A stretch of 54,055 bases of DNA, filler included, from Stramenopiles sp. TOSAG23-3 (taxonomy: Eukaryota): assembly GCA_900128585.1 (NCBI GenBank). It is 4 parts of 4 records of this genome, joined end to end, with 100 filler letters (N's around TTAATTAATTAA, not from the genome) between each part and the next. Parts side by side here need not be neighbours in the genome. Positions count along the whole stretch, not along the records: positions 13,582 to 27,012 come from LT642625.1; positions 27,113 to 40,536 come from LT642626.1; 2 more parts are not named here. One strand, 5' to 3'. The notes below the pieces were generated by a model. It did no database searches and was not told where the DNA came from. It was given only the letters and a program-made list of their open reading frames with translations. Within the stretch, counting starts at the first letter, position 1. Each line of letters opens with the position of its first letter. Positions 21,493 to 32,106 of the stretch are shown here, piece after piece. The position numbers and the translations under genes are program-made.

Positions 21493-23487
21493 CTAAATCG
21501 CTTTCAGGTTAAGGTACTCTGGTTCATGGATCCGCACAACGTATACAAATATGCTTGAAAGATCTATGGAACCGATAGGCTTGTTGTCATCGTCTACAAC
21601 CATGAGGCATTTCATTTTTGAGTCTACGAACTTTCCAATAACATCAATAAGCGATTCTTCCGGAGAGCAGATGAGAAGGTTATGGGTTTCGTAATATTCC
21701 AGAGTCGGAAGCAACAGGTCCCCCATTTCTGGTTCTATGGTTTTGCCGTCTCCATCATGATGTTTCGTTAAATGCGCAAAATCCGAAGACTGCAGGTATG
21801 AGATGATGCTTCCATCGATAGAATCTACGACTGCAACCGCATCAGTATCCCGAGCTTCTGCTACAAGCTTATGAAACGTCAATAAAGTTGTAGTATCAGA
21901 CGATACAACACTTATGTCGGTTCGAATAAGTCCAAGCGCATTTATCGAAGCCCACAGGCAGTCTCCAAACACGTACTTTTCATTCTCCATGAGCTTTTTT
22001 AGCAAGTCTAGTTCGGACACAAAAGTGATGACTGCGTCAGGGCGAGACACATCATAAATAATTGGAACCCTGTGAATAGATGGCCGACTCAAAATCTCTA
22101 AGAGGCATGCAAGGGGCTGGTCTACCAAGATGTGAACAAAAGGTTCACACACATTCTGTATGGTTGCATTGATTCGTTGAATATCAACAACGTCAGCAAA
22201 CGTGTTTATATTGGAGTCTATGGAGTTTCTTCGAGTACTCTCAGTAAGAATACTAGAATCTTCAGATACAGAAAGCACATTGCCCTTCAAAATTTGGTGC
22301 AAATGCATATTGCCCCAAACCCTCCCTAAACTTACTATTGCCTTTGCAATTTTCCCTAGCGCATAGCTTGATTCTGCTTTTAATTTCTCGTCATTCTGTG
22401 CCTGCGACGGAAGCGGTATGTTGTAAAAGGAAAATACCGTTAGAAATGACACAATTAGCTTCTGATAATCGACTACACCAACAATAGTTTGATATGGACA
22501 TGGCGAAGGAGAATTTACTGGCCCGGATGGAATCAACACATTGGCATTTAGATCATCGCTGGCGACAACAGACTCGACCGATTGCCCGCCGTCGATCGTT
22601 GGCCCGCTCTGATACACAGGCGCAAACTTCAACTTGTTTTTCTGCAGAAATTTTAATGCCTCCGAACAGGTTGCTGTGCACGGAAGAGAGCCCCTTCTGT
22701 TCCAAGTCTTCGAGTTTACAAACGATACTGCCGAAGTAGTCCAAAGTGGACCTCTTTGGCGTCTTTTTGCTTTTTCATCAACATTCTGTTGGACGGCGTG
22801 GCTTTCAAAGAGAGCAGAAGATAGGATTTCTCCGGAAAATTCGTCGAAGCCTCGGCCTACTATTTCGTCTACGCAAGTATCGTAGAAATAATGCCCATGT
22901 TTCGAGCCTGTTAACCAATCGGCCACGAGTTTTCTGGTTATTTTCGAACTTCCACTCTTCTTTGCTTCACTAAAAACTTCCCGAACTATCTTAAATATGA
23001 CCTTGTCCTCAGGCTGAGGGCGCCCAGTCAGTCTGCACAACCCGGCCACAAGGGCGGTAAAGAAGCGAGTGACTCGGTCTCTTTGTAGCCCATAGTCTGA
23101 AGCATCTGACTCTACCAAGACAAAAAACATTTCGGAAAGCCTACTTAAGATTAACTGACGCTTCTTTATTTCCCCCCTACCTTCTACTTTTGAAATAGCA
23201 GCCAGCGATAAAAACACAGAAATTGCATCACATTTGGCCTCTGCCTCGTAAGCAGACAAAAGCATACCGTGGGAGACGATTGAAAAGTGGGCTTCTGCGT
23301 CCCCTAGCATAAGTCCAAACACCTCGTCAAACTCGGATACATTCAAACGCTCTTTTCTGTTCAGCACAGTTTTCCATATAAAAAAGCACTCTCTTAAATT
23401 TTTTAGTGTGACACGAGAAAAGTCATGTTGAACATCAGCAGTTAAATTTAACTCTCTTTTTCTCGCCTTCAAAAGGTCGTTGCCCAT
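21493..23487 (-). CDS. CBS-domain protein with N-terminal degenerate EF-hand (calcineurin B/NCS-like) region
   Basis: CBS motifs SEALKFLQKNKLKFAPV, IHRVPII, AVAVVDS, MKCLMVVDDDNKPIGSIDLSSI; N-terminal helical EF-like segments. First ATG MGNDLLK at 23487. Confidence 0.85.
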   Translation of the reverse strand: MGNDLLKARKRELNLTADVQHDFSRVTLKNLRECFFIWKTVLNRKERLNVSEFDEVFGLMLGDAEAHFSIVSHGMLLSAYEAEAKCDAISVFLSLAAISKVEGRGEIKKRQLILSRLSEMFFVLVESDASDYGLQRDRVTRFFTALVAGLCRLTGRPQPEDKVIFKIVREVFSEAKKSGSSKITRKLVADWLTGSKHGHYFYDTCVDEIVGRGFDEFSGEILSSALFESHAVQQNVDEKAKRRQRGPLWTTSAVSFVNSKTWNRRGSLPCTATCSEALKFLQKNKLKFAPVYQSGPTIDGGQSVESVVASDDLNANVLIPSGPVNSPSPCPYQTIVGVVDYQKLIVSFLTVFSFYNIPLPSQAQNDEKLKAESSYALGKIAKAIVSLGRVWGNMHLHQILKGNVLSVSEDSSILTESTRRNSIDSNINTFADVVDIQRINATIQNVCEPFVHILVDQPLACLLEILSRPSIHRVPIIYDVSRPDAVITFVSELDLLKKLMENEKYVFGDCLWASINALGLIRTDISVVSSDTTTLLTFHKLVAEARDTDAVAVVDSIDGSIISYLQSSDFAHLTKHHDGDGKTIEPEMGDLLLPTLEYYETHNLLICSPEESLIDVIGKFVDSKMKCLMVVDDDNKPIGSIDLSSIFVYVVRIHEPEYLNLKAI

Positions 23488-23514
23488 GCTTGCACCGTCG
23501 ATATACACGCTCGT

Positions 23515-23613
23515 CTGCACAAAAATGTTAGTGTAGTATAGTTCTCAAAAGAACCCCGTTGGGCGTACAATAAAAAAGACACGTGCTTCAAATCTTCAAT
23601 TATCCAAACTTAC
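23515..23613 (-). other. Spliceosomal intron in the 5' UTR of the CBS-domain gene (99 nt)
   Basis: Minus strand reads AG|GTAAGT donor at 23613, CACTAAC branch site at 23533-23527, and TTTTTGTGCAG acceptor ending at 23515, 27 nt before the ATG. Confidence 0.75.
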
Positions 23614-24333
23614 CTAAACAACTCGTCAATTTTTTAATGGTGACACTACAAAAAAACAAATGGGGTGTCGTCGTGCCATTCATTAAAAGTATTTTTTTTG
23701 CAGGTTTCATTTTTGTTGTTATTATTATTATTGGAATTATTATTGTTTTCAATTAATTGAAAAAAACAATAATAATATTTTTTTTTTCAAAAAACAACAA
23801 CAACAACAACAACCACCAACAACAACGGACGAAAAACCTCACACAGCATTGAGGATATTTTTTCCCTCTTTTGTAACCGTCGTCACACGTAGAATCCATA
23901 TACTCTCTTCTAGCTATTATTATTATAATTACTATTTCTTTCAATCACACGAGATTAATAATTACCTGGTGGTAGTCCTATATATAATTTAGAATTAGTA
24001 TCTCTTTTGGATTTTTTCTTCTTAATGATGAATGATTCATTTTAAAAAAATAAAATAAAATTTAGAATAAAGTTTAAAATCGATGGTGTGGTGCTGGTGG
24101 TAAATATACCAATAATAATCAACGTATTTATTATATTATTATACACCACAGTAGTAAGTAATAAAAAATTGAAAAAACAACAGTGAATTGAAAGTTGAAA
24201 CATTAATGTAATGAAATTATAAGACACCTAGTACATTTTGTAATCTTACAAGGGAAAGATAAGAATCCTTCGTCGTGCAATTTTGAAATGGCTAAAAAGG
24301 AACAAAAGCGGAACAATCCCGTGATACACTGCG

Positions 24334-26412
24334 ATGGGTTTCCATCCCTGCGCGCTGTGCTCCATTCTTTTTGTTTCATGCGTCGGAGCTTCGGTTTTGA
24401 CGTGGCTAACTGCAGTCTATCATGAAAACGACACGGCCGATTACAATTACACAAAGGCATCGTTTCAAGCCGAGTGCACGGTCATATCTCATAAAACCGC
24501 GCTCGATGAAATGGAAACGAAGTACGCTGGTTTCCAGGTCAGAATCAAGCTCCGCAGTCTTACGCCAAAGGTTTGCAATGAGACGTGCAAGGTGCGTATT
24601 CCCATGTGGTGTTACTCGGGCAGTGAACGCGTAGAACAGGCCACATCCAACCAAAGCAAGTACGAAATGGATACCATTCGATTGCCAGATGAAATCAATC
24701 GGTGCCTAGCAAACTGCTCAAATAATGCCCTGGAATACCGTATATTTGCCGTAAAACCGCTGGGCTTTTTCGACCGAGGGTTCCTTTACCCAAAATTTCG
24801 AAATCGGATGGCATATCAAGGAGGGGAGGTCAGTACTATGTGGGACAAGTCCCCTCACCAAGAGGACCATCCTTGGATGACGGAGGTCCTAGGCAAGCAT
24901 ACAAAGGGAGAAACCGAAACATGTTACATACTGCCTCACCCAAAATCTCATCCAAGTTGCAACAGAAAAATGATTGAAGACCAGGAGTGTCTGGATGCGG
25001 ACGTACATCCGTGCCGTTATAATCAAGTTATTTGGGATGGAGACAAGCCTGAGGAACTGCGGGGAAGAACATATTTTGTTGCTACATGGACTACTGTGAT
25101 TTGGTTATTTTTTGTCGTAGGTACATTCCAATGGTACACAGTTATTGCAGAATTTTACCGAGAAAAGTACAATTTAATTGTCGTGTTCGTCGAACGAATG
25201 CATTCCCGGCACAATCTTCGGGCAAACGGGGAGGGCGCTGATGAGGATTTGCTGCTACAGTACAAGCAAAAATTCTTCAGGGTTCTTTTGGAACTTTTAA
25301 AGAAGGTGTCGCATTACTGTGGAAATTTTCACGTGCTGATGCAGCGATTGTTTTTCGAGTTTAAAAAGAAGCTGGGCCTTGAACGGGGAGACTTTAAAAT
25401 TGCAAACTTAGACGTTGAAGATTTTGACGACTTCGGCGAAAACGAGGGTGACATGGGAAATGCAAACGAAGTTGTTAGAAATACTGGAACCGCTTATCGC
25501 CTGCTGATCAAAGCGAAAGAGGACCAGCACATAGATTTGAGCGGGCTCAAGCTGAAAGACCTCTCCCCGTTGCTAGCGGAGTGCACCCACGTCACCACGC
25601 TCATCTTGAACGAAAACGAGTTGAACGGTAGCTGCTTGGAGCTTATTTGTCAATCGAAAACTTTAGAGAGATTGCATCTTGCAAACAATAGAATTAGCTC
25701 CGTACCAATTACTAATTACCTTAACATGGAAAGGCTGGAGCTGTTGGACCTGGATCACAACATTATTGGTAGAGCTGGTCTTCCTGAACAGATGTCAACG
25801 CTTCCGTGCTTAACGAAGCTGTTTTTAAACAACAATGGGCTCACAAGCATACCACAATGTGTTTATGGGATGACGACACTGAAACACTTGTACTTGAACA
25901 ACAACAATATCGAGCGCGTCGACGAAAACATCCAAGCACTCACCAACCTGTGCAAACTGTCGATTTCGAACAACGAGATTGAAAATATATCAAAATCTAT
26001 CATGTGCTGTGCGAAGCTAATGTCGTTGAATCTAATGAGCAATGAATTGGAGGTTTTGCCCGACGAGCTTGGTTGCTTGACAGCTCTGAAGTCGTTGCTG
26101 ATCGGTCAAAATTCAGAACTTGCAGAGCTCCCCGTGTCAATCGGAAACCTTGCAGAGCTCACGGAATTGGACGCGTCGTCGTGCACGATTCGATCGCTTC
26201 CAGAAGCCATTCTGAAGTGTACTAGCTTGGTTGCTTTGAACTTCAGTGACAATGCAATATCCTACGTTCCTCGATGGCTGCAGGAACTTCCCCCATCGGT
26301 TGAGCTGTTGGATCTGACCAAAAACCATATTTCTAATGTGGACGCTGTGGAAAGCCATAAGTGGCTAAAGAGAAGATCCCGCAGAATAAAATACGTAAAA
26401 TTTTTACCGTAG
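24334..26412 (+). CDS. Two-TM membrane protein with Cys-rich loop and C-terminal leucine-rich repeats
   Basis: TM1 near aa 6-29, Cys-rich region with N-glycosylation sequons (NDT, NYT, NET, NQS, NCS), TM2 YFVATWTTVIWLFFVVGTF, then about a dozen LxxLxLxxNxL repeats. Confidence 0.9.
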   Translation: MGFHPCALCSILFVSCVGASVLTWLTAVYHENDTADYNYTKASFQAECTVISHKTALDEMETKYAGFQVRIKLRSLTPKVCNETCKVRIPMWCYSGSERVEQATSNQSKYEMDTIRLPDEINRCLANCSNNALEYRIFAVKPLGFFDRGFLYPKFRNRMAYQGGEVSTMWDKSPHQEDHPWMTEVLGKHTKGETETCYILPHPKSHPSCNRKMIEDQECLDADVHPCRYNQVIWDGDKPEELRGRTYFVATWTTVIWLFFVVGTFQWYTVIAEFYREKYNLIVVFVERMHSRHNLRANGEGADEDLLLQYKQKFFRVLLELLKKVSHYCGNFHVLMQRLFFEFKKKLGLERGDFKIANLDVEDFDDFGENEGDMGNANEVVRNTGTAYRLLIKAKEDQHIDLSGLKLKDLSPLLAECTHVTTLILNENELNGSCLELICQSKTLERLHLANNRISSVPITNYLNMERLELLDLDHNIIGRAGLPEQMSTLPCLTKLFLNNNGLTSIPQCVYGMTTLKHLYLNNNNIERVDENIQALTNLCKLSISNNEIENISKSIMCCAKLMSLNLMSNELEVLPDELGCLTALKSLLIGQNSELAELPVSIGNLAELTELDASSCTIRSLPEAILKCTSLVALNFSDNAISYVPRWLQELPPSVELLDLTKNHISNVDAVESHKWLKRRSRRIKYVKFLP

Positions 26413-26461
26413 AGACGACTTAGATTACAGAGAACTTACTTCTTGAAGGTTTCCGACGGCT

Positions 26462-27012
26462 TTAATCTGCCATCAAAGATTCCATCGCCATTCGCAAATC
26501 ATTGCTGTTCGCCTGCAAAGCTTTCACCACCTGCACTTCTGGAAACCCCATGGACGTCAACTGTACAATGTTTTCTTCAGAAACACAAATGTTGCCGCCG
26601 TCTTCTTCGGGCGGCACCTTCCCACCCTTGTGCATTGGGTTCGAAACAAAAGGGTTAGTAGGAATTACCACGGAGCCCTCCGCCTGGGCTGTATTCTCGT
26701 TCAGCCTTGTCGCGCTGACCTTTCTATCGGCCGAGCCGCCGTCGCCTGCGTCCACCAACCCTTTGCTCCCATCATTTTGTTTCCGGGTGCTGTCAAAAGT
26801 GTGCGAATCTGTAGCACACTTAGAACTCTTTTTCAAGAAATCCCCAGGCCTTTCGTTTGAATCTTCACGGCATTGAAATTTTCCCTCCCTTATCAACAAC
26901 GACCCATCAACCATAGCATCTCGCTTACAACAAGGACACAATGTCGATACGGCGAACCATTGGTCAATACACTCAGGGCAAAATCGGTGGTCGCACGGAA
27001 GGACTGAGACGT
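26462..27012 (-). CDS. RING-finger plus UBA-domain protein (E3 ligase-like), 5'-partial at contig end
   Basis: Translation from the contig edge gives VSVLPCDHRFCPECIDQWFAVSTLCPCCK (C-terminal half of a RING). The C-terminus EENIVQLTSMGFPEVQVVKALQANSNDLRMAMESL is a UBA domain. Confidence 0.88.
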
Positions 27013-27112
27013 NNNNNNNNNNNNNNNNNNNNNNNNNNNNNNNNNNNNNNNNNNNNTTAATTAATTAANNNNNNNNNNNNNNNNNNNNNNNNNNNNNNNN
27101 NNNNNNNNNNNN
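27013..27112. other. Artificial contig linker
   Basis: 44 N + TTAATTAATTAA + 44 N. Confidence 0.97.
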
Positions 27113-27583
27113 TTGTATTATTTGTCTGTCGTACTTATCCTCATATATATCATTATGTTGTTATTAGAAATTATAGTTAAAAATATTAAATAAATATAAA
27201 AAAGCAGATCGATCTTTTTTGGTTCACTCATTTTTATATATTGTATAAATAAGGTATATTTACAACGTATTTTTATAACACCGATGCTCTGTATATAAAT
27301 AAATTTATTATCGTTTTTATTTCTATAAACGATGTCCTTAATTTATGGAGAAATGAATATTTTGTTGGTGGTGTGGAAGAAGCAGCAGCGACGAAGAGAG
27401 GGAGGAACTATAACAAACAACGAAAAAAAAAAAGAAGAAATAATAATTATTGATGTATATAAAATATGTGATTTAAGAAAAGCAACGATGAAGTTAAGTA
27501 AACGAGAAAAATCAACGGGACGAACGAATGAGCCAAGAAAAGGTTCAAACGACTGTTTAACTCTTTATTTGTTCACGAGAGGA

Positions 27584-29332
27584 ATGAAATTCAATACATT
27601 TTTTCTTGCTAAACTCCAAGTGTTGCTGGCGGTGCTCGCAACGACCGCCGAGGGGAGGGAGACCGCGCCCACTAGCTTGGGAAACTGGCTCATTGGTCTG
27701 ATGGTAGGTGTCCCCTTGCTGATGGTAGCATCGAACACCATGATCATCAATTATTACAGCGACAAGATGGACCATGGGAAGGCATATTTTCCCAAAACAG
27801 TGGCAGTGTTGGCACTAACGTTTGCCGAGGCCACCATTTTCCTCTTGCCGCTTGACGTCGCCAACGGGGGAGGGGCCGTGGGCTGCGGGGCATGGCTCGA
27901 CCAGACGGACTTGTGTGGTAACCTTGACCTTACGGGCGTCTGGCAAGGCGTCATGCTGACCGTATTTGTGCTGTGCGTGTTCATCATCCCCTTGGCGATA
28001 TCGTATTACCAAGCTTACGAAGTCAACCTGGACGGGGAAGAAGTTGGTTCGTGCGGGTCCAAACTTTGCACTGCGTTTAAATGGCAGCTGGTGTCGTTCG
28101 TCGTTCTGACTCCAATCATGTTCATTATGTACGCGTTTCTGAACAACACGAGCATCCCAATTAGCGAGAATTCGGAGACCGACGTTAACAAGTTTCATTT
28201 CAAAGACTACGACAGTAATGACCTGGTCGTCACGGACAGCTGGAAGGCCAGCGGCGGAGAGTTTGTGGCGGGCACCATGTCCATGCCGACTACATTCCCG
28301 GTCTACCTGATCGCTTCCTTTAGCTTCATCGGATGGATCTTCTTCGTCATGTACGCTGGGATTGGATTGGTTGCTATTCCGATGGACTTGATACTGGGCT
28401 TTCGGTTCCGTCCGAAACCATTGAAGCAGATCAACTTCATCAAGCATCGAGCCGACATGGCCACCCGTGCGACGGAGATGACCCAGCTCGGGGAGCACAT
28501 CAAGAAGGAGTTCAGGATCAAGTCGGACTCTGAACGAAAGAAACAAAAGACGGCAGACAAGAAAGCCCTGAAACAGTTCAAAATTGCAGTCATGCAGTTG
28601 GAAAAGGACTGGGAAGAATTGCAGCTGTGCGAAGAGTCCGCATACTACAAGAACCCAACGCTGCTGAATACGCTCTGGCCATGGATTCAACTAATCCTCG
28701 GCATAGTATCCAGCTTCATATCGTTTTTCTGGATTTTGCACATTTGTTTGTTTCAGCTGCCTCTAACGTTTGGTGGGTTTCCCCTGACTCCTTTCCTCAA
28801 CGGCTACTTTCAATGGTTTGACACCTGGTTCCCGCTCTTCGGCGTACTCTCTGTCGGCATGTTTACGTTTTACATGCTGTTGGCGGTAATGATGGGAAAC
28901 TTTAAGTTTGGCATGCGCATACTTATCATTCCGTTGCACCCAATGAAGGCTGGGAAAACGTTAATGAATTCGATATTGTTCAACATCAACTTAGTGCTGG
29001 TGTGCACTTTGCCCACCCTTCAGTTTTCCGTTGATGCGTTTTCCCAATATGCGAGGCTGACGGACATCAACAACATTTCAAACATCCAAATCAAGTACTT
29101 GGATTTTTTTCAATTCTTTTACAAGCACAACATCTTCGTTCTGGTCATGCTCGGGTTCTTCTGCGTTGCGTTTCTGTACTGGATTGTCTGTGGCTGCTGT
29201 TGCGGGAAAGAAAGGCGTGATGTAGACGCAAAGAAGAAACTTGAAAAGGATCTGGAAAAAGTGCGCAGAAAGTTTGAAAAGCAAGGTGTAAAAGGGAAAA
29301 AAAAAGTCGCCACAACCGCCGGGTTGCGGTGA
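27584..29332 (+). CDS. LMBR1/LIMR-family multipass membrane protein
   Basis: FLLPLDVAN, IIPLAISYYQA, YAGIGLVAIPMDLI..RPK, GNFKFGMR..HPMK.GKTLMNSILFN. Start uncertain; the upstream extension of the ORF lies in AT-rich intergenic-like DNA. Confidence 0.9.
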   Translation: MKFNTFFLAKLQVLLAVLATTAEGRETAPTSLGNWLIGLMVGVPLLMVASNTMIINYYSDKMDHGKAYFPKTVAVLALTFAEATIFLLPLDVANGGGAVGCGAWLDQTDLCGNLDLTGVWQGVMLTVFVLCVFIIPLAISYYQAYEVNLDGEEVGSCGSKLCTAFKWQLVSFVVLTPIMFIMYAFLNNTSIPISENSETDVNKFHFKDYDSNDLVVTDSWKASGGEFVAGTMSMPTTFPVYLIASFSFIGWIFFVMYAGIGLVAIPMDLILGFRFRPKPLKQINFIKHRADMATRATEMTQLGEHIKKEFRIKSDSERKKQKTADKKALKQFKIAVMQLEKDWEELQLCEESAYYKNPTLLNTLWPWIQLILGIVSSFISFFWILHICLFQLPLTFGGFPLTPFLNGYFQWFDTWFPLFGVLSVGMFTFYMLLAVMMGNFKFGMRILIIPLHPMKAGKTLMNSILFNINLVLVCTLPTLQFSVDAFSQYARLTDINNISNIQIKYLDFFQFFYKHNIFVLVMLGFFCVAFLYWIVCGCCCGKERRDVDAKKKLEKDLEKVRRKFEKQGVKGKKKVATTAGLR

Positions 29333-29507
29333 GGCAAAAGATTTACTGCCGCAGCCTTAAGAATTCTTAAAAATATGTGTTTTTAAAAATTTTTTTCACG
29401 TCTTGAAATTTAAAATTACGAGAGTAATGAATAGCGCGAGTATCTCTGTCCAAGAGACACTTAATTTTTTAATAATATATATTGTTGTTTTATACGATAT
29501 GATACCC

Positions 29508-31385
29508 TCACCACAACTGATACCACGCTTCACTGACCGTTCCCCATCCTTTGTGAGCTTTTGCTTCTTGCAAAATGTTGCTATAAATACGATTTTTAAC
29601 TTTGGGGCTGGTCTTCTTGGTCACAATCCTGACCAAATCTTGTAACAATTCCGTATTCCCCATGATATCTACATGATCAGCAGATTTTCCCCCTCCTTGA
29701 AGCAATCCAAACATCGGCTTATGTTTGTACTCTTTCAGAACAACCGGCGAGCCACCTGGATTTAACGGTGTTGTGCCGTTCCATCCATGTGAACTCGAGC
29801 AGACCAAGCCAAGGGACCGTAAGGGCACTGTACCATCTCCATCCTCGTTTAGGACACCATTTTTAAATCCATTTGCATTGTTTTGAAAATCGACTGCCGC
29901 ATGTGGTGGATCACTGTATTTATAGGCAACTTCAGTTGGTTTCCCAACACCATACAGACAATAAATTTTCGTTGTTTTGGCGCGGGCAAGGGGTGACAAA
30001 AGCGTATTGGACCACCACTTTGGATTTACACCCGCTTTCGATAATTTCTTTCCTATCGCATTGAGTTCATAATACTGTGAAACTAACTCCATGTACTCGG
30101 GAACTTCCTGGGGGAACAATGTACCTAGCGCATCGTCTGCGTTGAACAGTCCAGTTGTGTTAAAGTGAAACACAGGTCTTGACCAATCTTTCGGAAACAG
30201 CATCGGCAGGCTTCCCAGGCTTCTAAAAAAACCAACAATGTCCTTCTTGGGGAACAAACTGGGCTGTAACAGTCTACCTATGTGGCCCATTTCAGCAGTG
30301 TCTCGCATTTCTCCCGACAGTACAGTTGGCAACGTTTTGGGGGCTCCCAGCAACGCGCCACCAATATTTACAAAGGATTCAATATACTTTTCGACCCAGT
30401 CTTTCCCTCCATTTCCACCAAACTGGTGTGCACTTGTTACCCACGATTGAAAATAGAGCCATACAGAGGCACCCATGGAGTGACCGATGACGACTACTCG
30501 ATGCTGCTCGTTCATTTTGTACATAAGCTCGATTTGGGCACGAAGTCTTGTAAAGTATTTGTCCCGGTCTTCCATCATTTTACATGGCAATCGCCAATCG
30601 TAGCTTGCCATGTACATGTTTACATTTTCTTCATAACCAACGGCAGCAAAAGCTTCAATAACTTTCCCCCAAACGTAATATCCTGTTACAAAAAAATCCG
30701 CGGCACTCAACCCTTGCGCGGCGCGGAGCTTGATGTTCCTTGGGTCGTTCCATGTACTCTGATCCAATGACATGTGCTTCATCCAACACTTTCTATCGGT
30801 TAATATTTTCTGAAGCATCGATGCCTGCCCCCAAAACCGCTCTCGGAAATTTTTGGTTGCACATTTTTGCCCAGCCCAAACTTCAAGCCCTGAACTTACA
30901 ATTCCTGGAATAAACACAACAGGGTGATACGCCTTTAACTGTTCTGACTCTCTTAAAAAATGACCCGGCCCTTTGGATTTCGCTGGAAACCACGCGATAG
31001 GGTCAGATGTTACGTTTAACGCTTTAATGACAAGCCTTTGATCTTCGATTTCTACGAATGTAACGTAGGCTATGAAAATCGGCAATAAGAAAAACAGACC
31101 AACAACTTTCCAACACGGCAAAGGCAAAGTCACTTTTGCCAAAGCACTACTTTCTTTGTTTATTTCATATTTTGTTACTTTTCTATTTTTAGACACTGTG
31201 GTTAAAGTTGCTCGACCTATTGAATCGTATACTCCAAGAACAAGCCCCTTATCATCCGTTACCAAATAAATTTCTTCATTCGATTCTTCACCCTCATATT
31301 CTTCTTTTGAACCCTCCGATTCCGGCATATGCCTCTTACTGCTCGATGACGGGGTTCGCCGTCGTCGCCGTTGTCGCGTCACCAT
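29508..31385 (-). CDS. PDAT: Phospholipid:diacylglycerol acyltransferase (LCAT family, Lro1/PDAT)
   Basis: N-terminal TM; HPVVFIPGIVSSGLEVW, FRERFWG, ASYDWRL, GHSMG nucleophile, SGEMRDT, CLYGVGKPTE, GDGTVPL, HVDIMGN. Confidence 0.95.
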   Translation of the reverse strand: MVTRQRRRRRTPSSSSKRHMPESEGSKEEYEGEESNEEIYLVTDDKGLVLGVYDSIGRATLTTVSKNRKVTKYEINKESSALAKVTLPLPCWKVVGLFFLLPIFIAYVTFVEIEDQRLVIKALNVTSDPIAWFPAKSKGPGHFLRESEQLKAYHPVVFIPGIVSSGLEVWAGQKCATKNFRERFWGQASMLQKILTDRKCWMKHMSLDQSTWNDPRNIKLRAAQGLSAADFFVTGYYVWGKVIEAFAAVGYEENVNMYMASYDWRLPCKMMEDRDKYFTRLRAQIELMYKMNEQHRVVVIGHSMGASVWLYFQSWVTSAHQFGGNGGKDWVEKYIESFVNIGGALLGAPKTLPTVLSGEMRDTAEMGHIGRLLQPSLFPKKDIVGFFRSLGSLPMLFPKDWSRPVFHFNTTGLFNADDALGTLFPQEVPEYMELVSQYYELNAIGKKLSKAGVNPKWWSNTLLSPLARAKTTKIYCLYGVGKPTEVAYKYSDPPHAAVDFQNNANGFKNGVLNEDGDGTVPLRSLGLVCSSSHGWNGTTPLNPGGSPVVLKEYKHKPMFGLLQGGGKSADHVDIMGNTELLQDLVRIVTKKTSPKVKNRIYSNILQEAKAHKGWGTVSEAWYQLW

Positions 31386-32106
31386 GTCGCACGTATGTGT
31401 TGGGCAGATCAAGGGGTAGTATTTCTAAACAATTTATTCATTCGCGTAAAGCTCCAAAAAGACGCGGTAATGTGGGGCAATGCAGGGGAGGGTACGGGAG
31501 CCAAAGGGTGTTTTAAAACTTCTGTCTTCTTCGTTCGGGTGATATTATTATTATAGATTCTCGATTTTATTTGTTGTTGTTTGTTTCTTCTTCTTCTCTT
31601 CCTTCTCTTCTTCTTCTATCTTCTTTTCTTTCTTCATTTTATTATTTATTATATATTAGTCGTCTATTATTTTGATGATGTGTTCTTGTTGTTGTTTTGG
31701 ATGATGGTATTATTTTTTAAAAAAATTAATTATTTATTATTATTATTATTATTATTATTTTTTTAATTAATTATTTCCACCAAATAATAACAACACTCAA
31801 AACTATAATATTCTTCTTCTCCTCGTACTACTTGGTACTATTATTTTTTAAAAAAAGAAGAAGAAGAAGAAAGACACAACAACAACAACAACTCAACAGT
31901 TTTCGACATTAATTATTAGGAGGAATATTATTATGTTTTTAAAACAAACAAACAAAAACAAAAGATTCTATAATTAAGTAGAAATTATTGAAGGAACGCC
32001 TTATAAAATTTCTTTGCTTTAGCGACGCACACAGAAGAACAATTTTAAATTGTTCGTCCCTGGTCTTTTCTGCTGTTGGACTGCTGGAGGGATATAGTTA
32101 GGGACA

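Noticed and set aside
27332..27583. N-terminal extension of the LMBR1 ORF
   Set aside because: AT-rich, low-complexity and intergenic-like; probably open by chance.
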